Shown here: one piece after another, positions 13,289 to 28,140 of the stretch | Layout of the letters: the number at the start of each line of letters is the position of its first letter | Numbering within the stretch: position 1 is the first letter of the stretch | From: Octopus vulgaris | Lineage: Eukaryota | Direction of reading: 5' to 3' | Assembly (NCBI GenBank): GCA_951406725.2 | Contig: OX597825.1 | Location: 13,702,001-13,766,000, forward strand | Length of the DNA stretch: 64,000 nucleotides | The notes under the pieces: model-generated | Database searches by the model: none | Told to the model about the DNA's origin: nothing | Seen by the model: the letters and a program-made list of their open reading frames with translations, nothing else | Program-made: the position numbers and the translations under genes

Positions 13289-13781
13289 GAAGATATAAAA
13301 GACCAATTTTGAACAATGCCGTAGTTTTGCTGTGGAAGCATAATATGGAATGGATTGCTGATAGAGCTTGTGTCATTGACTTCTTTGAGATGAAAGCAAG
13401 AATTAATCTCTAATATTATTTCGAAGATAGATCTAAATGTTACATTTTATATATGCTGTCCTATATCTACTGACTTTCCCCTGCACACATATTGTACATA
13501 TGGGTATATATACTCATGCACATCTAGTCATTTCTTGTTCTTATCGCTTGTTGTGTGCATTAATCTGTATTATGTATAGGATGCACACGTTTGTATGAGA
13601 ATGTCTTCCTTGGAAAGAACTAGATAGGCTCCAGGCGTAATCTTTTCCCAGGAAGCAAATTCAATATACCATTCCGTTGTTAAACATTTTGAAGCTAATT
13701 TATGATATCAGTCTGATGCTGTTCCTATGAGGTTTTTGCATGAATGTATAAGCATACACTGACACACACACACACACACAG

Positions 13782-13815
<34 letters not shown>

Positions 13816-14148
13816 GCACACACACGCGTGTGCGTATATAGACGCTTGTGATGTGTTCTAGAATTAATCTGTAGTAGCGCCTTTCATTTCGTTACATTTC
13901 CAAATGACATTTGAATATTTTATTAATTTCCTGTGTATTTTCCAAGTGTTAATTGTAACCCATGTGGTTACATGTGAGCATCTATTAATTTCTGTATGTG
14001 TGTGTCTGTGTGTGAGTGTGTGTGTGTATGTCTGTGTCTGTGTGTCTCTGTGAAACATATGTTGCTCACCATGTGTTTGTATAGTAGTAGCTATATATTT
14101 GTGTATGAGTATAAACCTACAAATACGATCATAGTAAAGATATTATTA

Positions 14149-14570
14149 GCGTAGGAGTGGCTGTGTGGTAAGTAGCTTGCTTATGAACCACATGGTTCCA
14201 GGTTCAGGCCCACTGCATGGCACCTTGGGCAAGTGTCTTCTACTATAGCCTTGGGCCGACTAAAGCCTTGTGAGTGGATTTGGTAGACGGAAACTGAAAG
14301 AAGCCTGTCTATATATGTATATATATATATTTATGTATGTATGTATGTGTGTGTATATGTTTGTGTGTCTGTGTTTGTCCCCCCACCAACATCGCTTGAC
14401 AATTGATGCTGGTTTGTTTACGTCCCCATAACTTAGCAGTTCGGCTAAAGAGACTGATAGAATAAGTACTAGGCTTACAAAGAATAAGTCCTGGGGTCGC
14501 TTTGCTTGACTAAAAGCAGTGCTCCAGCATGGCCACAGTCAAATGACTGAAACAAGTAAAAGAGTAAAAG
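14149..14570 (+). mobile_element. SINE family A, full length
   Basis: tRNA head, CCTTGGGCAAGT, central microsatellite, AGTAAAAGAGTAAAAG tail. Confidence 0.9.
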
Positions 14571-14651
14571 ATATATATATGTGTGTATGTATGTTTTGGG
14601 GAAAGTAAAGGGGAGATGTGTATCATCATTATCATTATTTAGAGCCCTTAA

Positions 14652-14865
14652 TGTGGTGAGCTGGCAGAATTGTTAGCACACTTTGTGCAAAATGGTCAGC
14701 AGCATTTTGTCCATCGTTACATTCTGAGTTCAAATTCCACTGAGGTCAGCTTTGCCTTTCATTCTTTCAGGGTCAATAAAATAAGAACCAGTTTAGCACT
14801 GGGGGTTGATGTAAACTACTTACCAGCTCCCCTGAAATTGCTGGCCTTCTGATAAAATTTGGAAT
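14652..14865 (+). mobile_element. SINE family B, diverged
   Basis: GAGCTGGCAGAAT head, GTTCAAATTCC B-box, GCCTTTCATTCTTTCAGGGTC core. Confidence 0.75.
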
Positions 14866-15443
14866 CCTTATATAGAGTCCATGTTCTATGCTGGTATGGG
14901 CTGGTTGGTTTGATAGGGTCCAATGGGCCCAGCAACTGTACTGGGCTCAAGTACTTGCTTTAACATGGTTTCTCTGGCTAATACAAACTCCTTTATGGCA
15001 TGCATGGGTGTTTTTTTTTTCTCTTGCCGCCAACTCTAATGACATTGCCACGTAGCATGCAAGACTACGAACCCCAACAGGGGCAATGTTATGCAAGGAG
15101 ATGAGGAGTAGAAAGGGGTAAAGTATGAGAGAAAAGGGCCAAGGAGAACATATGTGTTTCTGTTGCAAGAGCTACGTGACTACTTACATTTTAGAAAACA
15201 GGATGGGAGTGATTAGGTGGGGCTGGAAAGTGATAAAAATAGTAGGGATTATATGTCAGGGTGGACCTTTAAGATACAAGGTGGGTAAGAACAGGGTAGG
15301 GAGCAATAGCTGTCAGTTATCTGCTTAAAGATACCCACATGCATATCTGTCATTGACTGCGCATGAATTTCTGCCTTGGTTTGAATGCATTTGTGCTTAT
15401 ATATGTTAAGAATTGTCTATAAGATTCTGTGAGGGTGTATATA

Positions 15444-15845
15444 TCTTTATATATAAAAGAGAGGTTGTGTGTCTGTCTGTCTCCTACGATTTAGATTCCT
15501 AACTACTCCCACATTTTGCGGTGCAGTTTAACCAAAACCGGGTATCTTATAGTCGTGATTCATATCGAGCCCTTCTGGGTATTAGAGCATGTCTTCGATG
15601 AGTCTACGGTTTAAAAAAAAAATTACCATCATTTTTTTCCATTTTAATGCATTTTTTTCGCTATTATATAAGGGAAGTAACTCTCTAAAAATGTCTACGA
15701 TGAGTCAACGATTTAAAAAAAATTTACCATAATTTTTTTTCCATTTTTAATGCCTTTTTTTGCAATTTTTTGGCTATAACTCTCTAAAAATGTTTATATA
15801 GTTATTTCCCTTACAAACCCGAGCAACGCCAGGCGATACTGCTAG
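15444..15845 (+). mobile_element. Non-autonomous Helitron
   Basis: A|TC...CTAG|T termini with no TSD; 5' TCTTTATATATAAAA...TGTCTGTCTG; subterminal GC-rich imperfect hairpin CCCGAGCAACGCCAGG; internal ~100-bp duplication. Confidence 0.85.
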
Positions 15846-17622
15846 TCTTATAAATATATGTAAAGAGATAAGTGTGTACATATATGTTTCATGTATGTAT
15901 ATTTATATAAGCATGTGAATGGAGATAAAATTCTAGTAGCAGGTACTTATTTTGTTCTCTGCTATTATGAGTCGTTTTGTCTGATAAAACAATAACTAAT
16001 TTCTTTATGTCTGATGGTTTGAGAGGTAGAAGTACGGGAGGCACGGGAGGCACGTATTCTTATAATTTTGGTTAGAAAAATCTGCATGTTACATCCAGGG
16101 TAGCAGTTCTGTTTCTGCATTTGGAAGAATCAAAAGAAATAAAAAGAAAAATCTCTTTTCTCTAATGTTGAAAAATGTATCAAGTAGGAAGAAAGTAAAA
16201 AAAAAAACACCCAAAAAAAAACAAAACAGAATTTACACGAGAGAGAGAGAGAGAGAGAGAGAAGTGAAGATTAAGCTATCACTGAAATAACAGGAAGTAT
16301 ATTAATAAATACATAAAAATTGTGATATTAGATTGAAAGATAGAAAAAGAAAATAGAAATGTGAAAGATTATTATTAGGCAAGCTGATTATGAAATATCT
16401 CTTTATGTCAGACAAAATGGCTACAACAGTTTTGGTTCGTAAGAAATATTAATTAAAAAAATAATAAATATGAGAAAATATCTTTGAACTATCAATTGTT
16501 CGATGTGTTCTTTTTTCTCATGACATGTACTTCTCACTCTTTTTCTCTTTCTCTCTCTCTTTCTCATTTTCTCTCTCTCTCTCAATCTCTTCATCTCTCT
16601 TTCTCTCTCTCACTTGAAACAATGACTATCTTGTCAATGGTTTTGATCCTCTTCTAGAATTTAGTTCTTTTACATTTTTTTTGTTCTATTTTTGTTTTTT
16701 TTCTTCTTTTTATCTCCTTGTTTTGTTTTCTATCTTTCTTTTCTATTTCATTTCTTTCTTTCTTTCTTTCTTTTGTTTTCTCTCATTCACGTTTTATTTT
16801 TTTTTGGTTTTTTGCATTTCTTAGTTCTTTCGTTTATTTTACAATCCATGGATGCATACATGAATGTATTCACACACACACACACACACACATCTCTCTC
16901 ACTCTTCTCTCCATAAACACCACCACCACCACCACCACCACCACTACCACCACCATCACTGCCACCTGTCTATCCATTAAAAAATTTAATTTCTCAGTTA
17001 CACAGTGGGACGAAATAATCCTATCCCAGCCACATGAAGAGATATAAGACATCGCACTGCTTAAACGATACCCTTTAGAAAAACCAATTTCATGATGCAC
17101 CAGATGTTACCACTAATATAATTTTAGGATAAATCAGTAGTTAACGACATACTTTAATTGTCTACATTTCATTATAATACATATTGCTTGACCTGAATGA
17201 AGCATACTTTCTTTTATTCTCTAGATCAATCACTTCATAAGAATTCAGATTTCTTGGTTTTTATCTAGAAAAATTGACTTGTGATGGATATAGGTTGGCA
17301 ATGTCTTGTGTATGGAATTAGTGAAACAATAGTGGTTTACAATTGACTTTATCGTTGCTTCCTTGTCAATGAATTTGGGTCAATAAGAATATAGTTGGGA
17401 TAAGTGTGTGTATGCATATGTTTTCTTTCCTCTTGTGTTAATTGTTTTGTTAAATAACTCAGGTCCATGCATAAGCACTTGAGATACAATAACTGAGTTT
17501 AAACTGTTGGCATTAAACTGTATTTGACCAAAATATTCTAACTGTTTTATATAAAAACCAGCCAGATCAAGCCTTTTACAACTATCTTACAATGTCAGTC
17601 TAAAATTAGATAACCACATTAT

Positions 17623-18420
17623 TCTTTTATTCCTTTACGTGTTTCAGTGATTTGACTGCGGCCATGCTGGAGCACTGCCTTTAGTCGAACACATCGTCCC
17701 CAGCACTTATTCTTTGAAAGCCTAGTGCTTATTCTATCGGTCTCTTTTGCCTAACTGCTCAGTTACAGGGTACTTAATTTTTTGAGCCCAAAAGGATGAA
17801 AGGCAAAGTCGACCTCACTGGAATTTGAACTCAGAATGTAGTGGCAGACGAAATATTGCTAATCATTTCGCCAGTGTGCTAATGTTTCTGCCAGCTCACT
17901 GATTTAAAACAAATATTTTTTTCTACCCTAGGCATAAGGCCCGAAATTTTTGGCGAGGGGGCCAGTTGATTGAATCAACCTGAAGTACACAACTGGTACT
18001 TAATTTATCAACCCCACTGAAAGGATGAAAGGCAAAATCAACTTTGGCGGAATTTGAACTAAGAATGTAAAGAGAGACAAAATACCAATTTCTTTACTAC
18101 CCACAAGGGGCTACACACAGAGAGGACAAACAAGGACAGACAAACGGATTAAGTCGATTTTATCAACCCCAGTGCATAACTGGTACTTACTTAATTGACC
18201 CTGAAAGGATGAAAGGCAAAGTCGACCGTGGCAGAATTTGAACTCAGAATGTAGCAGCAGACGAAATACCTATTTCTTTACTACCCGCAAGGGGCTAAAC
18301 ATAGAGGGGACAAACAAAGAAAGACACACAGATTAAGTTGATTATATTGACCCCAGTGCATAACTGGTACTTAATTTTATTGATCCCAAAAGGATGAAAG
18401 GCAAAGTCGACCTCTGTGGA
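17623..18420 (-). mobile_element. SINE A 3' fragment joined to a cluster of tandem SINE family B units
   Basis: Four repeats of AAAGGATGAAAGGCAAA(G)TC; family A tail at 17623-17770. Confidence 0.8.
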
Positions 18421-19882
18421 AATAACTAAGGATAGTAACCATTATTACTGCTACTAACTTTGATGACAAAATATTTTAGCTTAACGATGATTATTGAACG
18501 CAATATTTGAAAAGTAGTGGTTTTGGACGTACACTTCAAATTATTGAACAGAAACTTATGTATTCAGATGATCTGCCAGAAAATTAGAAATAACTCCACT
18601 TGTGAACTATTTTTTTTTTCTTTTATGGTTTCATTAAATATTTGTGTTTCTAATCTATCGATATTTTACTGTGTACATCACTCAGTGTGCTACGAATCTT
18701 ATTTGATTTGACTTTATGGTGAAATCTGTCTGACAATTTATTGATATTTCATTCTTTTTTGCTTGTGAAACTCTGAACAAAAATAATGAAATTTTTCCTT
18801 GTTTCCATCAAACATAGTGATATATTTTTGGCATTTTCGTAATCCCACATGCCATTACTAATAAGTCATTTTTCAATAAAATAGTAAGAGACAAACCAAA
18901 ACAAAAAAAAAAAAAAAAAATTGAAGGAGATATACATCAAAATATACATCAGAATATACGAGATATTTACTACGAGCAACAGAGAGAAGAGTTGCCATCC
19001 ATTTGTTGAACGAAAAATCAAGCTTGTATGTAACTAACGAATTATATAAATTGAAAGTTTGAGCTGGAGCAATATAAATTCATTGACTACAATAAAAAAA
19101 AAAAATGTATTTTCATTAAAAAATGAAAAAAAAATTAGAAAGAGAAATTAATAAAAAAAAACGTAGAAGCTTTTTTTTGCAAATATTTTTAGCATTTTAT
19201 CAATAATAGTGACCAAAATATTTATTATTCTACATATAAGCTACTGTCATAATTAGTCGAAATAAAATTATATCTTAGTAATTTCATTACATTTTATAGA
19301 TTTCTTGTAAAAAAAGAAAGGAATTTACATAAAAAAAAAAAAATTGTTTTATATAATGCTCTTACGTTGCTTACAATTAAACCATTCATGCAAATAGCTA
19401 AACATAGATGAAAGTACCATAATGGTTTCCCCACATATATACATGTGAGTGTGTGTGTGTGTGTCTGTGTATGTGTGTGTGTGTGGATATATATACGTGT
19501 ATATGCATAATACAAAATACAGAGTCTTTAAATAACTCATTTCTTCTATTGATTTCCTTGTTCATGCCGATTTTGTGAATATAAAATATCTACGTCTACT
19601 TTATCCTATTATTTTGAGAACTGTAATGTATGTCTGAGGGAGATTTTAGCTGGTAATTTTAGCAGGTCAAGTAATGCTTTTGAGGCCTCCTTGCTTAATA
19701 TCAATGCTATTGTTGGCGGTTGTCATTATGCTTGCGTTGAAATGGTTCATAGATTTTGTGTACGTGCTTGATATATTTTTTAAGAACCCATACTAGCATG
19801 GAAAACAGAAGTTAAACGATGATGATGATTATAGGGACAAGCATGGCTGTGTGGTGAGACATTGGTTTCTCAACCACATGGT

Positions 19883-20235
19883 TAAATCGATTACATCGAC
19901 CCCAGTGTGTAACTGGTACTTAATTTATTGACCCCGAATGGATGAAAGGCAAAGTCGACCTTGGTGGAATTTGAACTCAGAATGTAACAGCATACGAAAT
20001 ACCTATTTCTTTACTACCCATAAGGGGCTAAACACAGAGGGGACAAACAAGGACAGACAAATGGATTAAGTCGATTATATCGACCCCAGAGTGTAACTGG
20101 TACTTGATTTATCGACCCCAAAAGGATGAAAGGCAAAGTCGACCTCAGCAGAATTTGAACTCAGAACGTAACAGCATACGAAATACCACTAAGCATTTTG
20201 CCCGGTGTGCTAACATTTGCGCCAGCTCGCTGCTT
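19883..20235 (-). mobile_element. Tandem SINE family B (two core units) next to a SINE A head
   Basis: Duplicated ATCGACCCC...GGATGAAAGGCAAAGTCGACCT. Confidence 0.8.
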
Positions 20236-20839
20236 TCAAGCTTAAAAAATAATGAGACAAAGTGGTTAGTATACCTACTAGTTGTAGATTACACTGGATT
20301 TATTTGTTAATATTGGTTTCAAACTTTTAGCCCAAGGCCAGCAATTTCAGGGTAGGGGATAAGTCAATTAAACCACCACCCCCACTGCTTAACTGGTGCT
20401 TATTTTATCGATCCTAAACGGTAAAGTTGACCTCAGCAGAAGCTGAATCTAGAATAGGAGAGTATTGTAGTTCACTGGAAGCATTGTGTATTGTTTGTGA
20501 AATGAAACGTGTCTTGAATGGTACAACAATGCAGAGTGGACCATAATAACTCTTATAATTTAATTATTCATTGTCTGATATAATATTTTGGAATATAAAA
20601 ATGCCTTCTTCAGATAGTGTTAGGAATTGATCGAGTCACTGCTATAATTAGTTTTCCAACGGTTACTGATATTTTTTTTTGGAAGCGTCTCTGTATGGTC
20701 TCATGAAGCCCCTTCTGGAATTTCTCTTGAGAAGTGCATGAGGCCGGCCATGTCTCAAGTTCGTGTGTGTTGGCACATCCTCAGCGCTGCTTCTAAATTA
20801 TATATTAAACATGCTTTTTTTTTTCATAAGAAATGAACA

Positions 20840-21540
20840 TGTAGGAGTGGCTGTGTGGCTATGTTGTAAGTAGCTTGCTTACCAACCACATGGTTCCGGG
20901 TTCAATTCCACTGTGTGGCACCTTGGGCAAGTGTCTTCTACTATAGCCTTGGGCCGACCAAAGCCTTGTGAGTGGATTTGGTTGACAGAAACTAGAAGAA
21001 GCCCATTGTATATGTATATATATGTATATTTATGTGTGTGTATATGTTTGTGTGTCTGCGTTTTTACCCCCAACATCACTTGACAACCGATGCTGGTGTG
21101 TTTATGTCCCTGTATTTTTGTGTTTCGGCAAAAGAGACTGATAGAATAAGTGCTAGGTTTCATCATCATCATCATCATCATCCTCATCGTTTAGCATCCA
21201 TTTTCCATGCTAGCATGGGTTGGACGGTTCTACTGGGGTCTGTGAAACCAGAAGGCTTCATCAGGCCCAGTCAAATCTGGCAGTGTTTCTACGGCTGGAT
21301 GCCCTTCCTAATGCCAACCACTCCGTGAGTGTAGTGGGTGCTTTTTACATGCCACCCGCACAGGTGCCAGATGGAGCTGGCAAACGGCCATGAACGGATG
21401 GTGCTTTTTATGTGCCACCGGCACGAGGGCCAGGCGAGGCTACAAAGAATAAGTCCTGGGGGTCAATTTGTTCGACTAAAGGCAGTGCTCCAGCATGGCC
21501 ACAGTCAAATGACTGAAACAAGTAAAAGAGTAAAAGAGTA
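20840..21540 (+). mobile_element. SINE family A interrupted by an antisense family C copy (21161-21441)
   Basis: SINE A resumes at ACAAAGAATAAGTCC after the insert. Confidence 0.85.
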
Positions 21541-21771
21541 TGTTACCAGAAATGAACTTACACACATCCAGATGTAGCTAAATAATATACTGACTGCTAA
21601 TTTCCAGTCTGTTGTTAATTTGGGTCCCTGGTCTGTCTATGAGGATAGCTTCCTTAATTCTTAGATTTCCCAAATTTCTGTCATTGCCCTCAATTGTGAC
21701 TGTTATGCTTTTGTTAATGTTCCAGCATCTGTCTAAATGTTTTCTGAAGGAGGATGTTTGCCTGTTTAGAT

Positions 21772-22790
21772 GAACCTAGAATGTAAAGGTAGATAAAATG
21801 CTGCTAAGCATTTTGACAGAGGTTCTAACAATTCTGCCAGCTCACCACCCTAAAACACTGTATTAATATTACTTTCATATTTTGGTACAAGGCCAGCAAT
21901 TTTGTAGGTACATCGATTGCACTGGTCCCACTGTTCAATTCTTACTCATTTCCTCAATCCTGGAAGGATAAAATGCAAGGCCACCCACAGCAGAATTTGA
22001 ACCCAGAATACTACAAAGACAGACGAAATGATGCTAAGCATTTTGACGGGGGTTCTAACAATTCTTTCAGCTCAAACTCCCTAAAGCACTGTATTAATAT
22101 TACTTTCATATTTTGGTACAAGGCCAGCAATTTTGTGGGTATGTCGATTGCACTTGCCTCACTGTTCAGTTGTTACTTATTTTATCAATCCTGGAAGGAT
22201 AAAATGCAAGGTCAGCCTCAGCAGAATTTGAACCCAAAATACTATAAAGACAGACGAAATGCTGCTAAACATTTTACCCAGGGTTCTAACAATTCTTTCG
22301 GCTCAAACTCCCTAAAACACTGTATTAATATTACTTTCATATTTTGGTACAAGGCTAGTAATTTTGTGGGTACATCGATTCCCCTGGCCCCAATGTTCAA
22401 TTGTTACTTATTTTATCAATACTGGAAGGATAAAATGCAAGACCACCCTCAGCAGAATTTGAACCCAGAATACTATAAAGACAGACGAACTGCCGCTAAG
22501 CGTTTTGCCCAGAGTTCTAACAATTCTTTCGGCTCAAACTCCCTAAAACACTGTATTAATATTACTTTCATATTTTGGTACAAGGCCAGCAATTTTGTGG
22601 GTACATCAATTACCCTGGCCCCACTGTTCAATTCTTACTTATTTTATCAATGCTGGAAGGATAAAATGCAAGGCCAGCCTCAGCAGAATTTGAACTCGGA
22701 ATGCTATAAAGACAGACGAAATGCCACTAAGCATTTCATCCTGCTTTCTAATGATTCTGCCAGCTCATTTCCCGAGGGCATTGCATTAAT
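21772..22790 (-). repeat. 231-bp tandem array (~4.4 units) derived from a whole SINE family B copy
   Basis: GATAAAATGCAAG recurs every 231 bp; the unit's reverse complement carries SINE B head, B-box and core. Confidence 0.85.
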
Positions 22791-23593
22791 ATTATTACTG
22801 GTTGTTAGGGAAATGTGTATGAAATTTATGGCACAAAAAGAAAGTATATGTTTAGTGTCTGAATTTCAGATATTTACTACAACGAGATGTATAAATCATC
22901 AGGAATAGGAAATCATGAGAAATGAAGTGGTTCCACACTTAAAATTGTTATAGCAGGTCATGCAACCTTTGAGATTTGCATATATTAACATATAACGAAG
23001 CGAAAAAGTTGAACGTATTTCAAGATTTATCTGAAGAAAAATTTTCGGTCTTACTTCACTCTTTGATATGAAGTTAATGAGTATGCCAGGAGAATACTGG
23101 AAGCCCCTTAGCATTCTGAGCTAAGGCCAACATTTTCAAAATTGAAGGCAAAGCAATTCATTCCGTATGTTGGAACGGTTCCCAAGACCAACCACAAAGC
23201 TTATGGTTCTCACAACTAATTTTCACATCAGTTCTTCAACAAGTCTTCACTGTAGAAGATTAAACAGCAATAAGCAAACGGTATTAAAGTACATTCTGTG
23301 CTGCGTGCAGGCATAATCGTATATTCATATAAATAACCACACACACACACACGCACACACCACCACCACCACACCACACACAAACACACACGCACACACA
23401 CACACACACACAAACTCTCATGCCACTCACACACACTAACACACACATACATAAACATTTATGTACACATGTACATACATGTATATTTACATACACATAT
23501 AGATAAATACATACATATATTTGTATATTATGCATATGTGTGCATGTGTGTGTATATATGTTTATGTATATCTATCTATCTATCATCTATCTA

Positions 23594-23629
<36 letters not shown>

Positions 23630-23631
<2 letters not shown>

Positions 23632-23890
23632 GAGGCGCATTGCTTTGTGGTTAGGGTGTCAGCATCATGATCATAAGATTGTGGTTTCGATTCCTGGACC
23701 GGGCGCCGCGTTGTGTTCTTGAGCAAAACACTTCATTTCACATTGCTCCAGTCCACTCAGCTGGCAAAAATGAGTAATGCTGCGATGGACTGGTGTCCCG
23801 TCCAGCTGGGGGAACACATACGCCATAGAAGCTGGGAAACCAGGCCCATGTGCCTGGCCAGGTTTTAAAAGGGCACATTTATTTTATTAT
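23630..23890 (+). mobile_element. tRNA-derived SINE family D with V-domain-like segment
   Basis: A/B boxes, CTTGAGCAAAACACTT, TGCGATGGACTGGTGTCCCGTCCAG; second copy 61657-61920. Confidence 0.8.
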
Positions 23891-24504
23891 TTATATATAT
23901 ATATATATATATGAAGCTGATGATGATGATGATGATATATATGCATATGTATATGGATGCATAAGTAGTATGAGATATGGATTTAGAGAATAATGTAGTT
24001 ATCACGCAAAGCCCATCTTATGGACTTGGCTATCAGACCACATATTACGCATATTCCCTTCCATACTGAAAATAATACTACCCAAAGAAAAATGTCTGTA
24101 ACCCAATGGAAGTCATATGGCTAAATAGATATATACCCTCCTCTTGTTCTGTTTATGTCTGCTGCTACTCCCACAGCTCAGTTTGCTAATCATTCCATAT
24201 AAAATATAATGGCTACGGGAATATTTTTTCCTCTATTGTACAAGAATTCCACCCATACATGGCTCGGCCCTTTTTGCTTCAGTTCAGCATGCATTTATCT
24301 TCTGGTTTTGCCATTCATTTCAAATCATATATAATTAAGTTAACTAGTTAGCTATAATTGAGGTATTTTTGGCCTGATGATTAGCTAGTGGAGTACCCCC
24401 TCATTGAGTAATTATTACATCAGAGAATCTGTGAGCTAGAAAACACATGTAGCCTGAACTTTACCAGCTCCATTCCTTCAATTTGGATTTTGTTCTTCAT
24501 TTCT

Positions 24505-24698
24505 TATTTGTTTCCGTTTTTTGGCTATGGCCATGCTGGAGGCCTGCCTTGGAGAATTTTTAATCGAATGGATCGTTCCCATGTTTTTTTGTTAAGTCTG
24601 GTACTTATTCTATCGATCTCTTTTGCTGAACTGCTAGACTACAGGAACATAAAAACACCAACACCGGTTGTCAAGCGACGGTGGGGGACAGACACACA

Positions 24699-24732
<34 letters not shown>

Positions 24733-24875
24733 GGGCTTCTTCCAGTTTCCGTCGACAAATCTTTGGCCAGCCCAATGTTATATCCAAAGACACTTGACCA
24801 AGGTACCACGCAGTGGGACTGAACTCAGAACCATGTGATTGGGAAGCAAGCGTCTTACCACACTGCCTCACCAGC
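24505..24875 (-). mobile_element. SINE family A, diverged
   Basis: Alignable to family A. Confidence 0.75.
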
Positions 24876-24913
24876 TGCTGTATATAACAGGAATAATTTT
24901 CTGCTAGCATTAA

Positions 24914-25468
24914 TCCTGCCTTTCTTCACAGCCATTTCCTAAATTACCTTCCATGACCTCCTCAACAGTGGTCTAGTTTTAAAATGTATTATGCCATATC
25001 TATTCTCACTTAATCCTTGAAAAAAAAGTATCCTGCTTGTTATACATAAATTTATTTGGATATTAGTAGTTCGTTAAACATTAAATTAACATTAAAGTCT
25101 CTCTTAAGAATGATACAAAAATACATTAAAGAAAATACGAAGAATTTTAAACAATTTATTGAAATTGATTTTAACACCCTCTATTTGTATGGCTCCGATA
25201 ACGGTTTTGGAAAATTATGCAGAGGGATGTGAATGTGCATAATTTCACAAAACAGGAAAATTTAAAACAATTTTCTCCGTTGTATTTGTTTGAGGTATTT
25301 AGTTGAATTAATAGATGCAAAGAAAATTTGATGTAAATATTAAATTAGGTTGTGAGATTTAGCGGCAACATTGTGTGTTAGCTATGCTGCGAGATATGGA
25401 ATGTTTAAAACTTAGAGCGTGTCTATAAATCCGCATGAAAATAAGACTGGCCTTTTACATAGGCAGGG
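24914..25468. mobile_element. Candidate piggyBac-type non-autonomous element
   Basis: TTAA-TCCTGCCT...AGGCAGGG-TTAA; inverted repeat of only 7-8 bp. Confidence 0.45.
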
Positions 25469-25574
25469 TTAATAACGATACAAAATCGTAATTTACCTTT
25501 CTGAGGGATTAAATCTATTATAAAAATTTAAAACATAAAATTATCAAAATGTTTAATCCTTTAGCATTTAGAGT

Positions 25575-25905
25575 ATGGGTTAGTGGTTGGAGCATTGGGC
25601 ACACAATCATGATTTACTGAGTTCAATTCCTGGACTAGGCTCTGTGTTGTGTTCTTGAGCAAGACTTTTTATTTCACTTTTTGTTCCAGTTCACTCAGCT
25701 GTAGAAATGGGTTGCAACATCATTGGTGCCAAGCTGTATCAGCCTTTGCCTTTCCCTTGAATAACATCAGTAACATGGAGCGGGGAAGCTGGTATGCATG
25801 GGTGACTGTTGGTCTTTCATAGACAACCTTGCCTGGGCTTGTGCCTTGGAGGGGAACTTTCTGGGTGCAATCCCATGGCCAGTGATGACCGAAGGGGGTC
25901 TTTAC
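25575..25905 (+). mobile_element. tRNA-derived SINE family E
   Basis: Homologous to 30962-31298. Confidence 0.8.
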
Positions 25906-27205
25906 CTTTTATCTTATACTCTGTCAAATGTAATACTTGATGTCTTGCAAACAACTTGCACATGCAAGTGCTACAGGTCAAGAACTCTGCATACCGAAAG
26001 CCAGCAAGTGTATGGGGTCATCAAGAGAGAATGTGCGTCATTTCGGGGCCTACCTTTCGACGGCATCAATGCGTACCGGCCCTGCTTGCTAGATCAGCTG
26101 GTTATCAAATAAAGCTCAATATTCTTCTAGCCTTTGCTCATCGTCTCTTTTTAACCAAATCCAGTGGCTAACCTTCTCCACTTCTTCATGTCATTTAAAA
26201 TTAATCATACATTATTTCATAGCTTTGAGATTTCAATGATGTGATTCCCAACATGGATGGGGTACTGACCATTTTTTATGTCACCTGTTCTTTTGAGGTC
26301 ATCATGCAGTTTACAGGACTACAAATTCTGGAGGTTGTGGAGGTGGAGGTCAACTTCATGCTAGGGTATGATGGGATTACTATGAAAAGGGGGTGGGTAG
26401 AACAGGTTTTCATAGAGGGTATGCATGGCTACTCACTTATTGTAGGGGAAAAGGAGAGAGTGATGGAGATAAAAATGATCAGTAGGAGCTGCAAGAGAGA
26501 GATAATGGCAATGAAATGCCCAGGTGACCCCACAAGGCAGAAACTAAGTAGAGGTGTGTGGACAGGTGGGTAGGTGGTTAGCAAGATTGTATGGGAAAAC
26601 GACTGAGGGTACAGGGTCAAACTATGAAGATGAGTAGGGTTGATCACATTCGAATGGTGCTTTTTATGTGCCTTTGGCATGGGACCAGTCAGATGGCACT
26701 GCAACACACACACACACACACACACATATATGCAACAGGCTTCTTCCAGTTTTCCATCAATAAAATCTACTCAGAAAGGCTTTGATTGGCCCATGACATT
26801 TACCCAAGGTGCCCTGCACTGGGACTGAACCTGAAACCATGTAATTAGGAAGCAACTATTTTACCACACTGCCATGCCTATATAATTTTATTTCTTTTTA
26901 ATAAGCTGCAGCTTCAAAGTGAGAAAAGTCTTATTGGGGACTTCATGATGAGTGATTTGTGTGTGTGAAGCATTATCAGAAATATCGGTATTGTTTGGTA
27001 GTTACGGTAAAACTAATTCGATTTGAAGTACAAAGATTATCTGATATTTTGAACAGCGATGATTTAAACTCAACTGGTTGCTTTCCATTGGAGCAACGAT
27101 GAAGAGATATTCTGGAAATTTCTGACAGTCATGAGAATTACTTCATGGCCTATAATCTTTAAGCTGCAAAGCAGATTATAAATTATTGCAGTGAAATAAA
27201 ACCCC

Positions 27206-27483
27206 TCATCATCATCATCATCATCATCATTTAGCGTCCGTTTTCCATGCTAGCATGGGTTGGACGGTTCAACTGGGGTCTGGGGAGCCCGAAGGCTGCA
27301 CCAGGCCAGTCAGATCTGGCAGTGTTTCTACAGCTGGATGCCCTTCCTAACGCCAACCACTCCGAGAGTGTAGTGGGTGATTTTATGTGCCACCGACACA
27401 GGTGCCAGACGAGGCTGGCGAACGGCCACGCTCGGATGATGTTTTTATGTGCCACCGACACAGGTGCCAGATGAGGCTGGCGA
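27206..27483 (-). mobile_element. Family C (RTE 3' region) copy
   Basis: (CAT)n tail and two 60-bp units. Confidence 0.85.
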
Positions 27484-28019
27484 AAAACAAAAAAAAAAAA
27501 CTCCCAAAAATAAACCAAAAAAGAAACCCGAAATATATACAGATACGAGCAAGTAGATTCTCCATTTGCGATGTTTGAGGGCTTTGTGATAGGGGAAAAC
27601 TTAAGAGTTTGATATTTTTCTATTCAGTTGTAATTATCGATTCATCTTTCAAGAACACACACATTTACATAAATTTTATTCAAAGTGAAACTATATAATA
27701 CATTTGTTGAAAAAAAAAAAAAAAAACCCAACAAAATGGTTGTTGCCGCTGCTGTTAGAATTGTATTGCGAATTGTGAGGGTGTATTGTTCGGAGTTTCT
27801 CTGATCAATGTACTAGAATATATAATGTGACATAATGGGAATTGTAACAAGGCAACACACTTTCATATCACCGTTTCTCTATGTTCAATACAGAAGAATA
27901 CTCGCTTGAAAGAAGTAATTAAATTCATAAAAATACTAATCTATATTATTCTTTAATGAAACATAGCATGTTGCTATGAAAATCTGTTGGAAAATACATC
28001 CATATTCTATATATATATT

Positions 28020-28105
28020 TGCTTGCATTAACATATATATATATATCTGTGTGTATGTGCATATATCCATACAAGTGTATGTATGTATGTAATTGGGTGT
28101 GTATC

Positions 28106-28140
<35 letters not shown>

